Positions 39,858 to 48,974 of a stretch of 64,000 nt of DNA are shown in pieces. Source of the stretch: Candidatus Uhrbacteria bacterium CG10_big_fil_rev_8_21_14_0_10_50_16. GTDB lineage: Bacteria > Patescibacteriota > Patescibacteriia > UBA9934 > UBA11717. Position 1 is the stretch's first letter. Every line of letters begins with the position of its first letter. Under the pieces are notes generated by a model, which saw only the letters and a program-made list of their open reading frames with translations, ran no database searches and had not been told where the DNA came from. Position numbers and translations under genes: made by a program. The stretch spans positions 14,781 to 78,780 of the forward strand of contig PCYM01000002.1 of the NCBI GenBank assembly GCA_002774875.1. Reading direction: 5' to 3'.

Positions 39858-40619
39858 ATGTTAAACAAATGGATCAACACGTTTATTCAACTTGGGTTGA
39901 GTGAAGTGGAATCAAAAATCTACTTTGCGGGGTTGGAGTTGGGGCCCACGAGCGCGCAAGAATTAGCACGCAAGGCGAGTGTCTCACGCACGGCCACGTA
40001 CGATGCGATTAATGCGCTCAAAGGGAAGGGATTGTTATCGACGTTTCAAAAGGGAGCAAAAACGGTGTTCACAATCGAGCAGCCTGAGGACGCGCTGCGT
40101 TACTTCCGCAAACAATCGCGACAAATGCGAGATAAGATTGAACTCATGGAAGAGGCCGTGCCGGAAATGAAAAGCCTCTCACCTGGGGAGAAGCCGTTTA
40201 TTCGATTTTACGAGGGACCCGAGGCATTGCGCAACTTATTTGCGGACGTACAGGCCGTCAATCCTCCTTCCATCTACGAGTTTGTAAATATTCAGGATGT
40301 GTATCATTCCGTGCACGACGGGACACCAGAGGTTAAAAAAATATTTGCCGAAGCTCACAATGTATCAGATCCATCACGGCAAGATATACGTCTCCTACAT
40401 ACGGGAAATGTACGAGAAAATTATCAACATCGTAAAGGCGTAGCGTTTCGACAACTGAACAATTCATTTGGTGAGTTTCACGGCGACATCTGGATTTATG
40501 GCGACCGAGTTGTGTTCACCTCATTTAAGGGATCCATTATGGCAATTATCATTCAAAGTGAAATGTTTTCTCAAACTGCCCGTGTCATGTTTGAAGCCGC
40601 CTGGTCTATAAGCAAATAA
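39858..40619 (+). CDS. TrmB-family transcriptional regulator (wHTH + C-terminal domain)
   Basis: N-terminal winged-helix EVESKIYFAGLELGPTSAQELARKASVSRTATYDAINALKGKGLL; paralogue of 45951..46757. Confidence 0.6.
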   Translation: MLNKWINTFIQLGLSEVESKIYFAGLELGPTSAQELARKASVSRTATYDAINALKGKGLLSTFQKGAKTVFTIEQPEDALRYFRKQSRQMRDKIELMEEAVPEMKSLSPGEKPFIRFYEGPEALRNLFADVQAVNPPSIYEFVNIQDVYHSVHDGTPEVKKIFAEAHNVSDPSRQDIRLLHTGNVRENYQHRKGVAFRQLNNSFGEFHGDIWIYGDRVVFTSFKGSIMAIIIQSEMFSQTARVMFEAAWSISK

Positions 40620-41079
40620 CAAACCGCGACCTGCCAGGTGGGCGGATCGCGGTCACAAGATCTGGCGGATCGCGGGGCGCGGACGTCGGAGAACCGACGC
40701 CGCACCCCGCTCTCCGCGCTTCTCAGCCGTTCATGGTGCCCTCCTGTGGCCATGGCTGGTGAAGCTATTCTTCCAACAAAGTTAAGGTCTCTGTGAAGAC
40801 CTGTCCTTGTAGATGCGACGCCGAGGGGGCGTCGTGGTTGGAGTCGCGTGGTACGCGACTTCCGGCCGGGTCTTTCACCCGGCGGAGGGCTGTGGGGGGG
40901 GCTAGCCGCCGAACATGGCGTACCCCTTTCCAGGTTTGATGAACGCATGAGCGCGTTCAATCAAAACCATCTATACCACAATTTTGCGGCTTTGTCAAGC
41001 GTAAGAGGCGTGTTTGTTCGCCTGCGACGTACTAAATAATCTTAAATTTACTGTGAGTTGTCCGCCAAAAGCGTACAAA

Positions 41080-41110
41080 ATAAACCGCTAACTTAAGCGG
41101 TTTATTTTAA
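41080..41110. terminator. Bidirectional terminator aaaccgct-aactt-aagcggttt
   Basis: Perfect 8-bp stem with A/T-rich flanks. Confidence 0.6.
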
Positions 41111-41126
41111 TTCTGGCAACAATGGA

Positions 41127-41155
41127 TTGACACAATGCCTCTTCCATGTTAATCT
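41127..41155 (+). promoter_or_regulatory. Sigma70-like promoter TTGACA-N17-TAATCT at the entrance of the high-GC island
   Basis: Read directly; no convincing ORF for the next ~1.1 kb. Confidence 0.5.
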
Positions 41156-42304
41156 GCTTTGTTCACTGATAGAGCACAACGCCTCAGTGATCCATGCATC
41201 TTACAAACAAACAGTGAAACAGGGCTTGTAACAACTACGTTGCAAGAACAAAGGACGATCGATATGGATCGTTCTCCTGGAATGTGCGTATGGCTGTAGG
41301 AAATTTCATGTAACGGCACTACAACGTACGGCAATCTGGATTAAAAAGGCTGGATCCATGGTCTACAACACCGTTTGAGACACATGTGTCCCCGCCACGC
41401 GGCCCCGCCGCGGATCTCTCGCTAGCACCACATAGACGCCATGCTATAGCTGGTAGCGGGAGATCCGCGGCAGAGGACGCAACCTGTCCAATCCGCACAA
41501 GAACTCTGTTGCCGGTGGGACGGCAAAACAGGGTGGGTGCTTGGCACACCCAGACCATCTGGTCAAAGATAACTCCTGGTAACAGGAGGAAACTCATGGC
41601 GGTAACACCATGGGGATGCGAAAGCATTCATAGCGCCACGCCTATCATGACGTATCCACGTTGGGTCGGGAGACCCCTCCAGGATCGGTACTGGAGTTGA
41701 TAGGTGCTTGCGGGTTGGAACCCTGCAAGAGTGAGTGCGGACAGTGGATTCTCCAATCCACGTTTGCACAGCAATGGTTTGGGCTACGCCCTCAACTGAT
41801 CGCAACCATTTTGTTACCGGCATCGCGCCCGAGTGGCGCGACCAATCAACCACCGGGTTGGTTTGCTGGGGCAATGGCGATCAGGTTGTATGCAAGGAAG
41901 GGCCTAACCGGTGAATCGTTCGTGTCAGTCATCTGCACGGCGATGATCCGGATAAAAAGGCGGATGGTTTGGGCGCCCCCCATTCCGTCCGCTCAACCAG
42001 GAGTCCCAGGCCGGCCAGCCAGGATTCTGAAGTTGAGAACTTGCATACTCCTAAGGCTGACACCCATCAGCCGACCGAATTCCATCGGGTTTTTCCGCTC
42101 AGACGGGCGGAAGACACACGGAAGGGTCAAAGACTGGTTGGCGGTCGCAACCGTCTCGCACAGCCTGAGAAGGCAACCAGCCGCGGGAGTAAGCACTTGC
42201 GTTACTTATTCCCACCTTATCTTCGCGCCCGAGCTTGCAATTCTGCTTGCTCGGACGCTCCACAAACTGCTTGAGTAACTCGAGCTGTTCGTGGAGGAGG
42301 AGCG

Positions 42305-42460
42305 ATGGCCATCACCCCCAGCTACGGAGTGGTGCGTCACGGCGCGGTCTGGTTTACCACCAGCCCGCAGCAGCTCAAGCGTGAGGCCCGTGAAAAGGCC
42401 GATCGCGAGCTGCAGGCGAAGCGACCTTGTGTCGTAATCCGCCGCCGCGCGCACCGGTAG
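42305..42460 (+). CDS. Small high-GC hypothetical protein (51 aa)
   Basis: GGAGGAGG SD immediately upstream of ATG; GC3-rich; below the track length cut-off. Confidence 0.35.
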   Translation: MAITPSYGVVRHGAVWFTTSPQQLKREAREKADRELQAKRPCVVIRRRAHR

Positions 42461-42681
42461 TCCTCATACGCTCGTGGGTCACACGAGCGTAAAAGGGTGC
42501 CGCAAACACCCTGCCCTAGCCAGGCAAAACCCCCGGGCTGCAGGTCCCATCTTGATTGAAAATTCCTGCACAACGTGGACCTGGGCACTGCTCGGGTCTT
42601 CCACAAAGGCGCGATCCTGTATGGCATTTTTGTGGAGGATACAACTCACTTACTGTTCTCGGAGGAGAACGAGGAGGTTCC

Positions 42682-42972
42682 ATGCGTCGATACACATTGT
42701 TCAGTAGCTGGCGTCGATCTGAGCTCGAGATCCCCTCCTCCGGGAGAAGGATCAAGAAGCTGGATAGGACGTTCGAGGTCGGCACCCCGCGGTACCTGAA
42801 GTGGCTCCGGCGCATGTTCCCCGATCAGGTTTACCTGGTCGTGGCGCAGGGAACCATGCCTCAAATGCTCGACCGCGTTCGCGCGCGGTTTGGACAGGAG
42901 GAGGTTCCCGGCGTGGTGTCTGCCACCGTTCAGCTTCAGCGGGACATCCGAGAAAACCCAAGTCTCTACTGA
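42682..42972 (+). CDS. Small high-GC hypothetical protein (96 aa, basic)
   Basis: GAGGAGG SD + ATG 42682 inside track ORF 42556..42972; preceded by a repeat-leader copy. Confidence 0.45.
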   Translation: MRRYTLFSSWRRSELEIPSSGRRIKKLDRTFEVGTPRYLKWLRRMFPDQVYLVVAQGTMPQMLDRVRARFGQEEVPGVVSATVQLQRDIRENPSLY

Positions 42973-42990
42973 AAGGAGGTGCTTCCGTGG

Positions 42991-43055
42991 CCTGAGGAGA
43001 ATCGCTTCTTGGGCCCTGCATAGAGTCTTTGCAAAACGAAGGTTCTATGGAGGAA
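42991..43055 (+). repeat. Repeated ~65-70-nt leader module (copy R1) with conserved 11-bp stem-loop ending in the SD
   Basis: GCCTGAGGAGAATCGCTTCTTGGGCCCTGCATAGAGTCTTTGCAAAACGAAGGTTCTATGGAGG is ~80% identical to the copy at 43711-43790; compensatory base changes keep the CAUAGAGUCYU/ARGRUUNUAUG stem. Confidence 0.55.
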
Positions 43056-43293
43056 AGGAAGTGTCAAATACCCCAGGTGGTATTGACGGCACTTCTGGCG
43101 CCTCACGACCATGTGCTCTCACCAGCACAAATTGGTCACAAAAGAGACGAACAGCAATGCGTCGCGGCTGCCAGTAGGAGGTATACGTACGAGGCCTGAG
43201 AAGATTCACTTCTCGGGCACTCTACAGAATTCTAGGCAGAAAAGGATTCTGAGAGTTAATCAATGTACGCAACAAGAGATTGGGAGGTGTGCG

Positions 43294-43569
43294 ATGAACA
43301 AGCTCAATGTGGTTGAGATAGGTCTTCGTAATGGCAAGGGTCTGAGCTTCACCTGCGGCAAGCTCTATGTCCGCATTACGGTAGACGGCCTCACGCTGCG
43401 CGTTGAGACCAACCTGCCGGTGCGGGCCAAGGAGCTGGCCGAGTCCGAGACGACCCCCGTTCGCCGGTCCGTGTTTGACCGCGCCGATGAGCTGCGCCGA
43501 GGAGGACGGCACAGCGACGTGGACGTGGCGGCAACAGGAGGGCGGCGGGTGATCCGACGCAGAACGTAA
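43294..43569 (+). CDS. Small high-GC hypothetical protein (92 aa)
   Basis: GGGAGG SD + ATG 43294 inside track ORF 43111..43569; preceded by a partial leader-module copy at 43194-43238. Confidence 0.45.
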   Translation: MNKLNVVEIGLRNGKGLSFTCGKLYVRITVDGLTLRVETNLPVRAKELAESETTPVRRSVFDRADELRRGGRHSDVDVAATGGRRVIRRRT

Positions 43570-43710
43570 ACCCCAGCCCGCGATCGGAACACGCGGCAAA
43601 GGCTGTTCCACCCCTCGCCCTCGCGAGCAGACCCCTTGCGTTTGAGCCACGCAATCGGGTCCCGTCCAGAACGGGGTAAGCCATCGCTCCGGGCGGTCAC
43701 GCGCCCCCTT

Positions 43711-43790
43711 GCCTGAGGTCAACTGATTCTCGGGCACTGCATAGAGTCCTTGCTGCACGAGGATTGTATGGAGTCTACAACTTTTGGAGG
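43711..43790 (+). repeat. Repeated leader module (copy R2) abutting the ATG of the 189-aa gene
   Basis: GCCTGAGGTCAACTGATTCTCGGGCACTGCATAGAGTCCTTGCTGCACGAGGATTGTATGGAGTCTACAACTTTTGGAGGTCACC then ATG. Confidence 0.55.
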
Positions 43791-43795
43791 TCACC

Positions 43796-44362
43796 ATGCG
43801 CCTGTTCGGACTTTCTGACTGTTACGATGCGATGGATCTGTACGTCTGCATCAACGGCAAGCACGTGCTCCTGTCCCGGTCGGAGGGGTGGGTGTCTGCC
43901 CGTGTGAAGCCGTGTGACAAGAGCTGTGTTCCCACGGAGATTGATCTGGAGGTGTGGCTGCAGAAGGCACCGCGGAAGGTCCGCAAGGATCCTCGGCTGC
44001 TCGCGTTCGTGGAGCAAGGAGTGCCCGCGTACACGGTGCACCGTTCCTTCGCCAAGCGCTCCGGCGGCAGCGAGACGGTCTGGATCGGCAACCTGGCGAT
44101 CACGTGGAGCTTTTGCGACGCGTCGCGGTTGAGCCAGCGGGACCGGTGGCGAGACCGCTTTGAGATCTGCCCCATCGGGGAGAATGATCTGCTGTGGTGG
44201 ATCCGCGACGTCCTCCCGTCCTCAAGACGGCTCGAAGACGTTGCCGAGGAGATCCGTCGCAATGACGATCTGCTCCTGAGCGAGCTCCGGCAGCGCGGCA
44301 CTCCGGACGCAAACACCCTGGACGCGGATGCCTTCCGGCAGTTTCTCTTGAACCTGCTGTAA
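43796..44362 (+). CDS. High-GC hypothetical protein (189 aa)
   Basis: Start at MRLFGLSD with GGAGG SD supplied by the leader module; terminator gccaaaatccc...gggatttggc+T7 at ~44400-44460. Confidence 0.5.
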   Translation: MRLFGLSDCYDAMDLYVCINGKHVLLSRSEGWVSARVKPCDKSCVPTEIDLEVWLQKAPRKVRKDPRLLAFVEQGVPAYTVHRSFAKRSGGSETVWIGNLAITWSFCDASRLSQRDRWRDRFEICPIGENDLLWWIRDVLPSSRRLEDVAEEIRRNDDLLLSELRQRGTPDANTLDADAFRQFLLNLL

Positions 44363-44592
44363 GAAGACGATCGTGCTCCCCAGCTCCCCGGTTCTCGGGT
44401 TGAGCCAAAATCCCTACGTCAATCCCATCTGTTCTTCTGGTGGGATTTGGCTTTTTTTGCTACATTTCTATTTAATTTTCATCGCCCAACAAACCTAGGG
44501 CGGCGGCATTTATTTATAAACAATACGACCTGAGACTTGATTATCTTATTTTTCTTTTAGGCTAAAATTAGCCATTTTTCCATGGTCACCTC

Positions 44593-44621
44593 TTGACAAA
44601 AGGTGTTTTTTATGGTATAAG
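44593..44621 (+). promoter_or_regulatory. Sigma70-like promoter TTGACA-N17-TATAAG in AT-rich spacer driving the next high-GC ORF
   Basis: Read directly. Confidence 0.5.
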
Positions 44622-44761
44622 ATTGTTACGCCAAAGGTGGAATAGGTTCACCTAACGCGCAGACGATCCGGAACGCTGATTCATACAGCATTCTGAAAGA
44701 CGATAACGGATCGGTCTCGTGCAAGCGAGATACCTATGAACGGGGCTTACCACCCCACGGA

Positions 44762-45460
44762 GTGATGATGGAAAAGGAAACCAACGTCATGGTGCGCCTC
44801 CCGGCGCGAGAATGGGAAATCCTCATCAAGGAGGTCCTCGCCGCAGAGGCAGATCTCCCCTCGTGGGAGTGGTGCAGAACAAGCGGAGCCCCCCGCGAGG
44901 AGGAGGGGCGGCGGCGCGATGCCGCCAGGACCGCTCTGAGGGTGGCCATGGGTCGCTCACCGGCCAACGAGAGGATGGAGGACCGTCTGGCCAACAAGGC
45001 CGGGTGCGTCCTCCTCGTGGACGGCCGGTTTGAGATCGGGGGCTCCGTTGGGGAGCGCAAGCTCCTGATCAACGGCCGAATCCGGGCCACCCTCCGCCTG
45101 GGGGGCCGTCTGGACGGCCGCGTGGATGTCGTCACCCGGGAGGCGGCCGAGGCCGCCTACCAGGAGCGACGACAGGCCTCCCGCCACGCCGAGGCCGCCT
45201 ACAAGGCGGCCCGGCAGGAGCTCATCCACGAGCTCCTGCAGGCGGACCTGGCCGAGCCCGCCGACTTCGGTCGGTGGACATACGCCTACGGGCAGTTCGG
45301 TGGGTATTTCTACCGAACGGGGGTGAGCGGCCCCCGCGTCGCCGCCAACTCCGCCTTCGTGGCGGCGTTCGGCCGCGACTGGAGGAAGACCGCCAACGAT
45401 CGGCGTTGCGAGAAGATCGAGCTCGAGCTCGATCGTCGGCTCTACGGCGCCCGCTACTAG
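44762..45460 (+). CDS. High-GC hypothetical protein (232 aa, Arg/Ala/Glu-rich)
   Basis: GGAG SD then ATGATG; GC3-saturated; followed by a terminator-like hairpin + T-run at ~45517-45575. Confidence 0.5.
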   Translation: MMMEKETNVMVRLPAREWEILIKEVLAAEADLPSWEWCRTSGAPREEEGRRRDAARTALRVAMGRSPANERMEDRLANKAGCVLLVDGRFEIGGSVGERKLLINGRIRATLRLGGRLDGRVDVVTREAAEAAYQERRQASRHAEAAYKAARQELIHELLQADLAEPADFGRWTYAYGQFGGYFYRTGVSGPRVAANSAFVAAFGRDWRKTANDRRCEKIELELDRRLYGARY

Positions 45461-45950
45461 CCCCCCAAAAAAATCCTGAGCAAGCAGGAACCCTTCGGAG
45501 CACATGTCTTGCTACATGTCTCCACCTACGCCCCGAACCACCCCCGTGCAAAATCACGGTCTGGAGGTCCGGGGTTTTGCGTTTTAAAATAGCTGTCTCT
45601 CTTAAACACCCGCATTTTTTTAACATGTTTTCCTGCGTGAGGAGATGCGACGGGTGAAGAAGATGAGATACATCTGACCGCCCAACCAAGAACCGACCCC
45701 CATCGATACGTCGATGAAGGGCGACGTCACTCGGTGGGCGGTTCTTGTTTTTGTTCGTCTCGCAGTAAACATCATTGATACGCCAGGCGAATATTTGAGA
45801 GGATAGTGATATAGGTTGAGTATTTCTACCAGGTGATCACTAATGACTTATGCCGTAGAATTATCCTCTACATCTCGATAAGCACGCATTGCCCTTTTTT
45901 CAGTACTTTGCTAAGTTACATACATGAGTAAGTAGATTTTATTTCCCCAA

Positions 45951-46757
45951 GTGAGCATAATCCCCTATCTTATGAGTGAGCTCAACACAATCAAAACGGC
46001 GCTACAACACCTGCATGCAAGCCCGAACGCCATTTCGTTCTTTCTAACGAGCTACAAGCTGAGTCGTTCTTCCGTTGGACTGATTGCCAAGACCGCCAAG
46101 ATGGATAGGTCTTCGGCATACATCGCCTACGAGCAACTCAAAGAGCTAGGTCTCATGGAGGAGGAGACGGTTGGCAGACGAAAGGTGGTTTGGACACGCG
46201 AACCAAAGGCCGTCATTGCTCGTCTACGCACCGAGATCCGCCGCATGCGAAGGCAGGTAGAGTCTATCGAAGAAGCAATGCCGGAACTCCTCGCACAGTA
46301 TGGCAGTCGTAATGACCGCCCCGTTCTGCAAGTATTTACTGGAAACGACGGTCTCCATCAGATAAAGAACGATATCTTGTCGGGCTCGGGCTTTGAGCTT
46401 CTCCTCATGTCCAACTTCCGTGAGGAGGCTGAGGTTTTTTCACGAGAGGAGCATGACAGCTTTATTCAACAGCGACTCTCGCAAAACATCACACTGCGTC
46501 TCATTGCGACAGACTCTCTCGAGGCACGCAAGATCCAAAGCTCCGATGCAAAAAATCATCGTGAAACTCTTGTAATAGAAGGTGATGCCCCATTTAATAA
46601 TGAAACCTACATCTACGGCAATAAGGTCGCGATGCTCTCATTCAATGAGCAAACTGGCGTTATTGGCTTTATTATTCAGTCAAAGGAGTTTGCAGATGCG
46701 CAGCGCTGGATGTTTGAGCAGATTTGGAAACAATTAAATACAAGTAACAAGACTTGA
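45951..46757 (+). CDS. TrmB-family transcriptional regulator, paralogue of 39858..40619
   Basis: C-terminal IYGNKVAMLSF...GFIIQSKEFADAQRWMFEQIW parallels IYGDRVVFTSF...AIIIQSEMFSQTARVMFEAAW of the first copy; start may be Met 45972. Confidence 0.55.
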   Translation: MSIIPYLMSELNTIKTALQHLHASPNAISFFLTSYKLSRSSVGLIAKTAKMDRSSAYIAYEQLKELGLMEEETVGRRKVVWTREPKAVIARLRTEIRRMRRQVESIEEAMPELLAQYGSRNDRPVLQVFTGNDGLHQIKNDILSGSGFELLLMSNFREEAEVFSREEHDSFIQQRLSQNITLRLIATDSLEARKIQSSDAKNHRETLVIEGDAPFNNETYIYGNKVAMLSFNEQTGVIGFIIQSKEFADAQRWMFEQIWKQLNTSNKT

Positions 46758-46794
46758 TAGCAGCTCACAACCGTTATCAAGGGACTATTAATCT

Positions 46795-47547
46795 ATGCAG
46801 ATCATTGTAAATAACCTTGATACGGAATATACGGATAACGGAGCAGGCGCAACAATCCTCTTGCTACACGGTTGGGGTACAAATGCGCGTTCGTTCAGCT
46901 CACTCACAAATATCCTAAGCTCCAACAATAGGTGCATATCTCTTTCTTTGCCCGGTTTCGGAAAGAGCGAGAACCCTCCTAAGGCATGGGCAGTTGAGGA
47001 CTACGCTGCGTTTGTTCGTCAGTTTCTAATAAAGCTCGACATAGACAATCCAGATGTCCTTATTGGACATTCATTTGGTGGTAGGATCGCCGTTAAGGCA
47101 GTTGCAACGCTCAAAATCTCTCCCAAGAAACTAGTGTTAATTGCTTCTGCTGGATTGGCAGAGGAGACCAAGCACGCATACTTGGCAACGGGAATCATAA
47201 AGATCGGAAAGATCGTCACTTCGATCCCGCCTTTTTCGATTGCACGAAATACGTTGAAGCGCGTAATGCGACGCGCACGTGCAAGCAAGGACTATACGGA
47301 AGCCGGTGCGCTCAAAGACACGTTCGTTAATGTAGTCAATGAACATCTTGGAACAGATGCAAAGAAAGTACGTACTCCAACGTTGCTTATTTGGGGTAAG
47401 GAGGACGCCGAAACACCACTTACAGAGGCAAACGCCTTCAAGCAGAGTATCCCCAACTCTGAGCTTTGCATTATTCCAAACGCCGGTCATTTTGTCTTTC
47501 AGGAACAGTCCCGTACCGTCGCAAGAGCCATAAAACATTTCCTATGA
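46795..47547 (+). CDS. Alpha/beta-fold hydrolase
   Basis: HGWG oxyanion region and nucleophile elbow GHSFGG. Confidence 0.7.
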   Translation: MQIIVNNLDTEYTDNGAGATILLLHGWGTNARSFSSLTNILSSNNRCISLSLPGFGKSENPPKAWAVEDYAAFVRQFLIKLDIDNPDVLIGHSFGGRIAVKAVATLKISPKKLVLIASAGLAEETKHAYLATGIIKIGKIVTSIPPFSIARNTLKRVMRRARASKDYTEAGALKDTFVNVVNEHLGTDAKKVRTPTLLIWGKEDAETPLTEANAFKQSIPNSELCIIPNAGHFVFQEQSRTVARAIKHFL

Positions 47548-48974
47548 CTACCTCTTTTCTATCTCGCTATCGTCCTCGATTCTTACGCTCACTCGTATAC
47601 ATGCTCCAAGCCACGGAATACAACATTGGTGATTACATCAACTGGCTCCACCGAACGCGTGACTTTAGTAAGGTCGAGAAGCGCAAGCAACTTAAGCAAT
47701 CGCACAAAGCGCTTGCTCTCCTGTACCTTGGCAGACTTCTTTGGCTCGCGCTCATACTGTTAGGCACTTCTCTTTCTGTTTATGGGTCAGCTATTGCTAC
47801 AAAACTCTTAGGCATCCTCGTACTCATGCTGTCTCCGTTTCTATTGGCGTACATAATCACGATCCCCCTATTTATTCTCAAACTATTTGTACAAAAACCC
47901 ATCGAAGCACTCATAATCTGGCGTGCGACGCAAACAATGGCACGTCACAAAGGGGTAAAAATTGCTATTGCTGGTAGTTACGGAAAAACATCCATGAGAG
48001 AAATGCTCCACACCGTTTTGTCTGAGGGTAAGCACGTTGCAGCCCCTCCACATAGTTACAACACGCCGCTAGGCGTTAGCGCTTTTGTTAAAACACTCAA
48101 AGGAGATGAGAAAGTGTTGATCTTTGAGCTGGGAGAATACTACCCGGGTGATGTAGCAAAGCTTTGCAAGATCGTGCAACCCGACATCGGGGTCATTACT
48201 GGAATCAATGAGGCACACCTGCAGAAATTTAAAACATTAAAGCAAACCGCCAAAACGATCTTTGAGTTAGCCGAGGCGTTACCATCGCAACCAGTTTATA
48301 TAAATGGAGAGAGTCAAATTGCGTGCACATATGCAAAAGAATCTCACATCCTTTATGACCAAAATGGAATTGGGAGCTGGCACGTACATAATCCAGCAAC
48401 AGACCTATCGGGCACATCTTTCACGCTCACAAAGGATGACCAACAGATCAAGCTCAAATCAAAACTTCTCGGCATGCATCAGATTGGTCCATTAGTCGCG
48501 GCAGTCGACATCGCTCACAAGCTCGGCCTAACAAACGAACACATTCAGTCCGGCGTTGCCAATACAAAACCATTTGAGCATCGCCTCGAACCAAGAGTTG
48601 ATGAAAGCGGTATTACAACGCTTGACGACAGCTATAACGGTAACCCCGACGGAGTACGTGTCGTCATCGACTTTCTTAAAACCCTCAAGGGTCGTCGATT
48701 CTATGTAACGCCCGGGCTCGTGGAGATGGGCTCGCGCTCAAAAGAGGTTCACATGAAGATTGGCCATCAGCTCGCTAGCGCGAAGATAGAGCGCGTCGTA
48801 CTAATAAGCAACTCTGTCACCCCCTATATTGAGCAAGGGTTGCGAGAAGCCAACTACAAGGGAGAAATTATTTGGTTCGATGATGCTCTCAAAGCCTACG
48901 CAACCTTGCCTAGCATGACCGTGAAGGGCGACATTATTCTTCTTCAAAACGATTGGCCCGATCAATATGCCTAA
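47544..48974 (+). CDS. murF: UDP-N-acetylmuramoyl-tripeptide--D-alanyl-D-alanine ligase MurF with N-terminal membrane extension
   Basis: Mur ligase P-loop IAGSYGKTS and C-terminal Mur ligase domain; ATGA overlap with the upstream gene. Confidence 0.75.
   Translation: MTTSFLSRYRPRFLRSLVYMLQATEYNIGDYINWLHRTRDFSKVEKRKQLKQSHKALALLYLGRLLWLALILLGTSLSVYGSAIATKLLGILVLMLSPFLLAYIITIPLFILKLFVQKPIEALIIWRATQTMARHKGVKIAIAGSYGKTSMREMLHTVLSEGKHVAAPPHSYNTPLGVSAFVKTLKGDEKVLIFELGEYYPGDVAKLCKIVQPDIGVITGINEAHLQKFKTLKQTAKTIFELAEALPSQPVYINGESQIACTYAKESHILYDQNGIGSWHVHNPATDLSGTSFTLTKDDQQIKLKSKLLGMHQIGPLVAAVDIAHKLGLTNEHIQSGVANTKPFEHRLEPRVDESGITTLDDSYNGNPDGVRVVIDFLKTLKGRRFYVTPGLVEMGSRSKEVHMKIGHQLASAKIERVVLISNSVTPYIEQGLREANYKGEIIWFDDALKAYATLPSMTVKGDIILLQNDWPDQYA

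Noticed and set aside
41386-42278. Track ORFs 41386..41700 (104 aa), 41661..42278 (205 aa, TTG start), 41969..42274 and several minus-strand ORFs
   Set aside because: No SD, mixed third-position composition unlike true island genes, and mutually overlapping; region treated as non-coding (see finding)
42890-43177. Track ORF 42890..43177 (95 aa) as a gene
   Set aside because: Starts inside the terminator/leader-module region and runs through the repeat. Only its last 38 codons (GTG 43061) are preceded by the leader SD; kept only as a low-confidence small ORF in the finding
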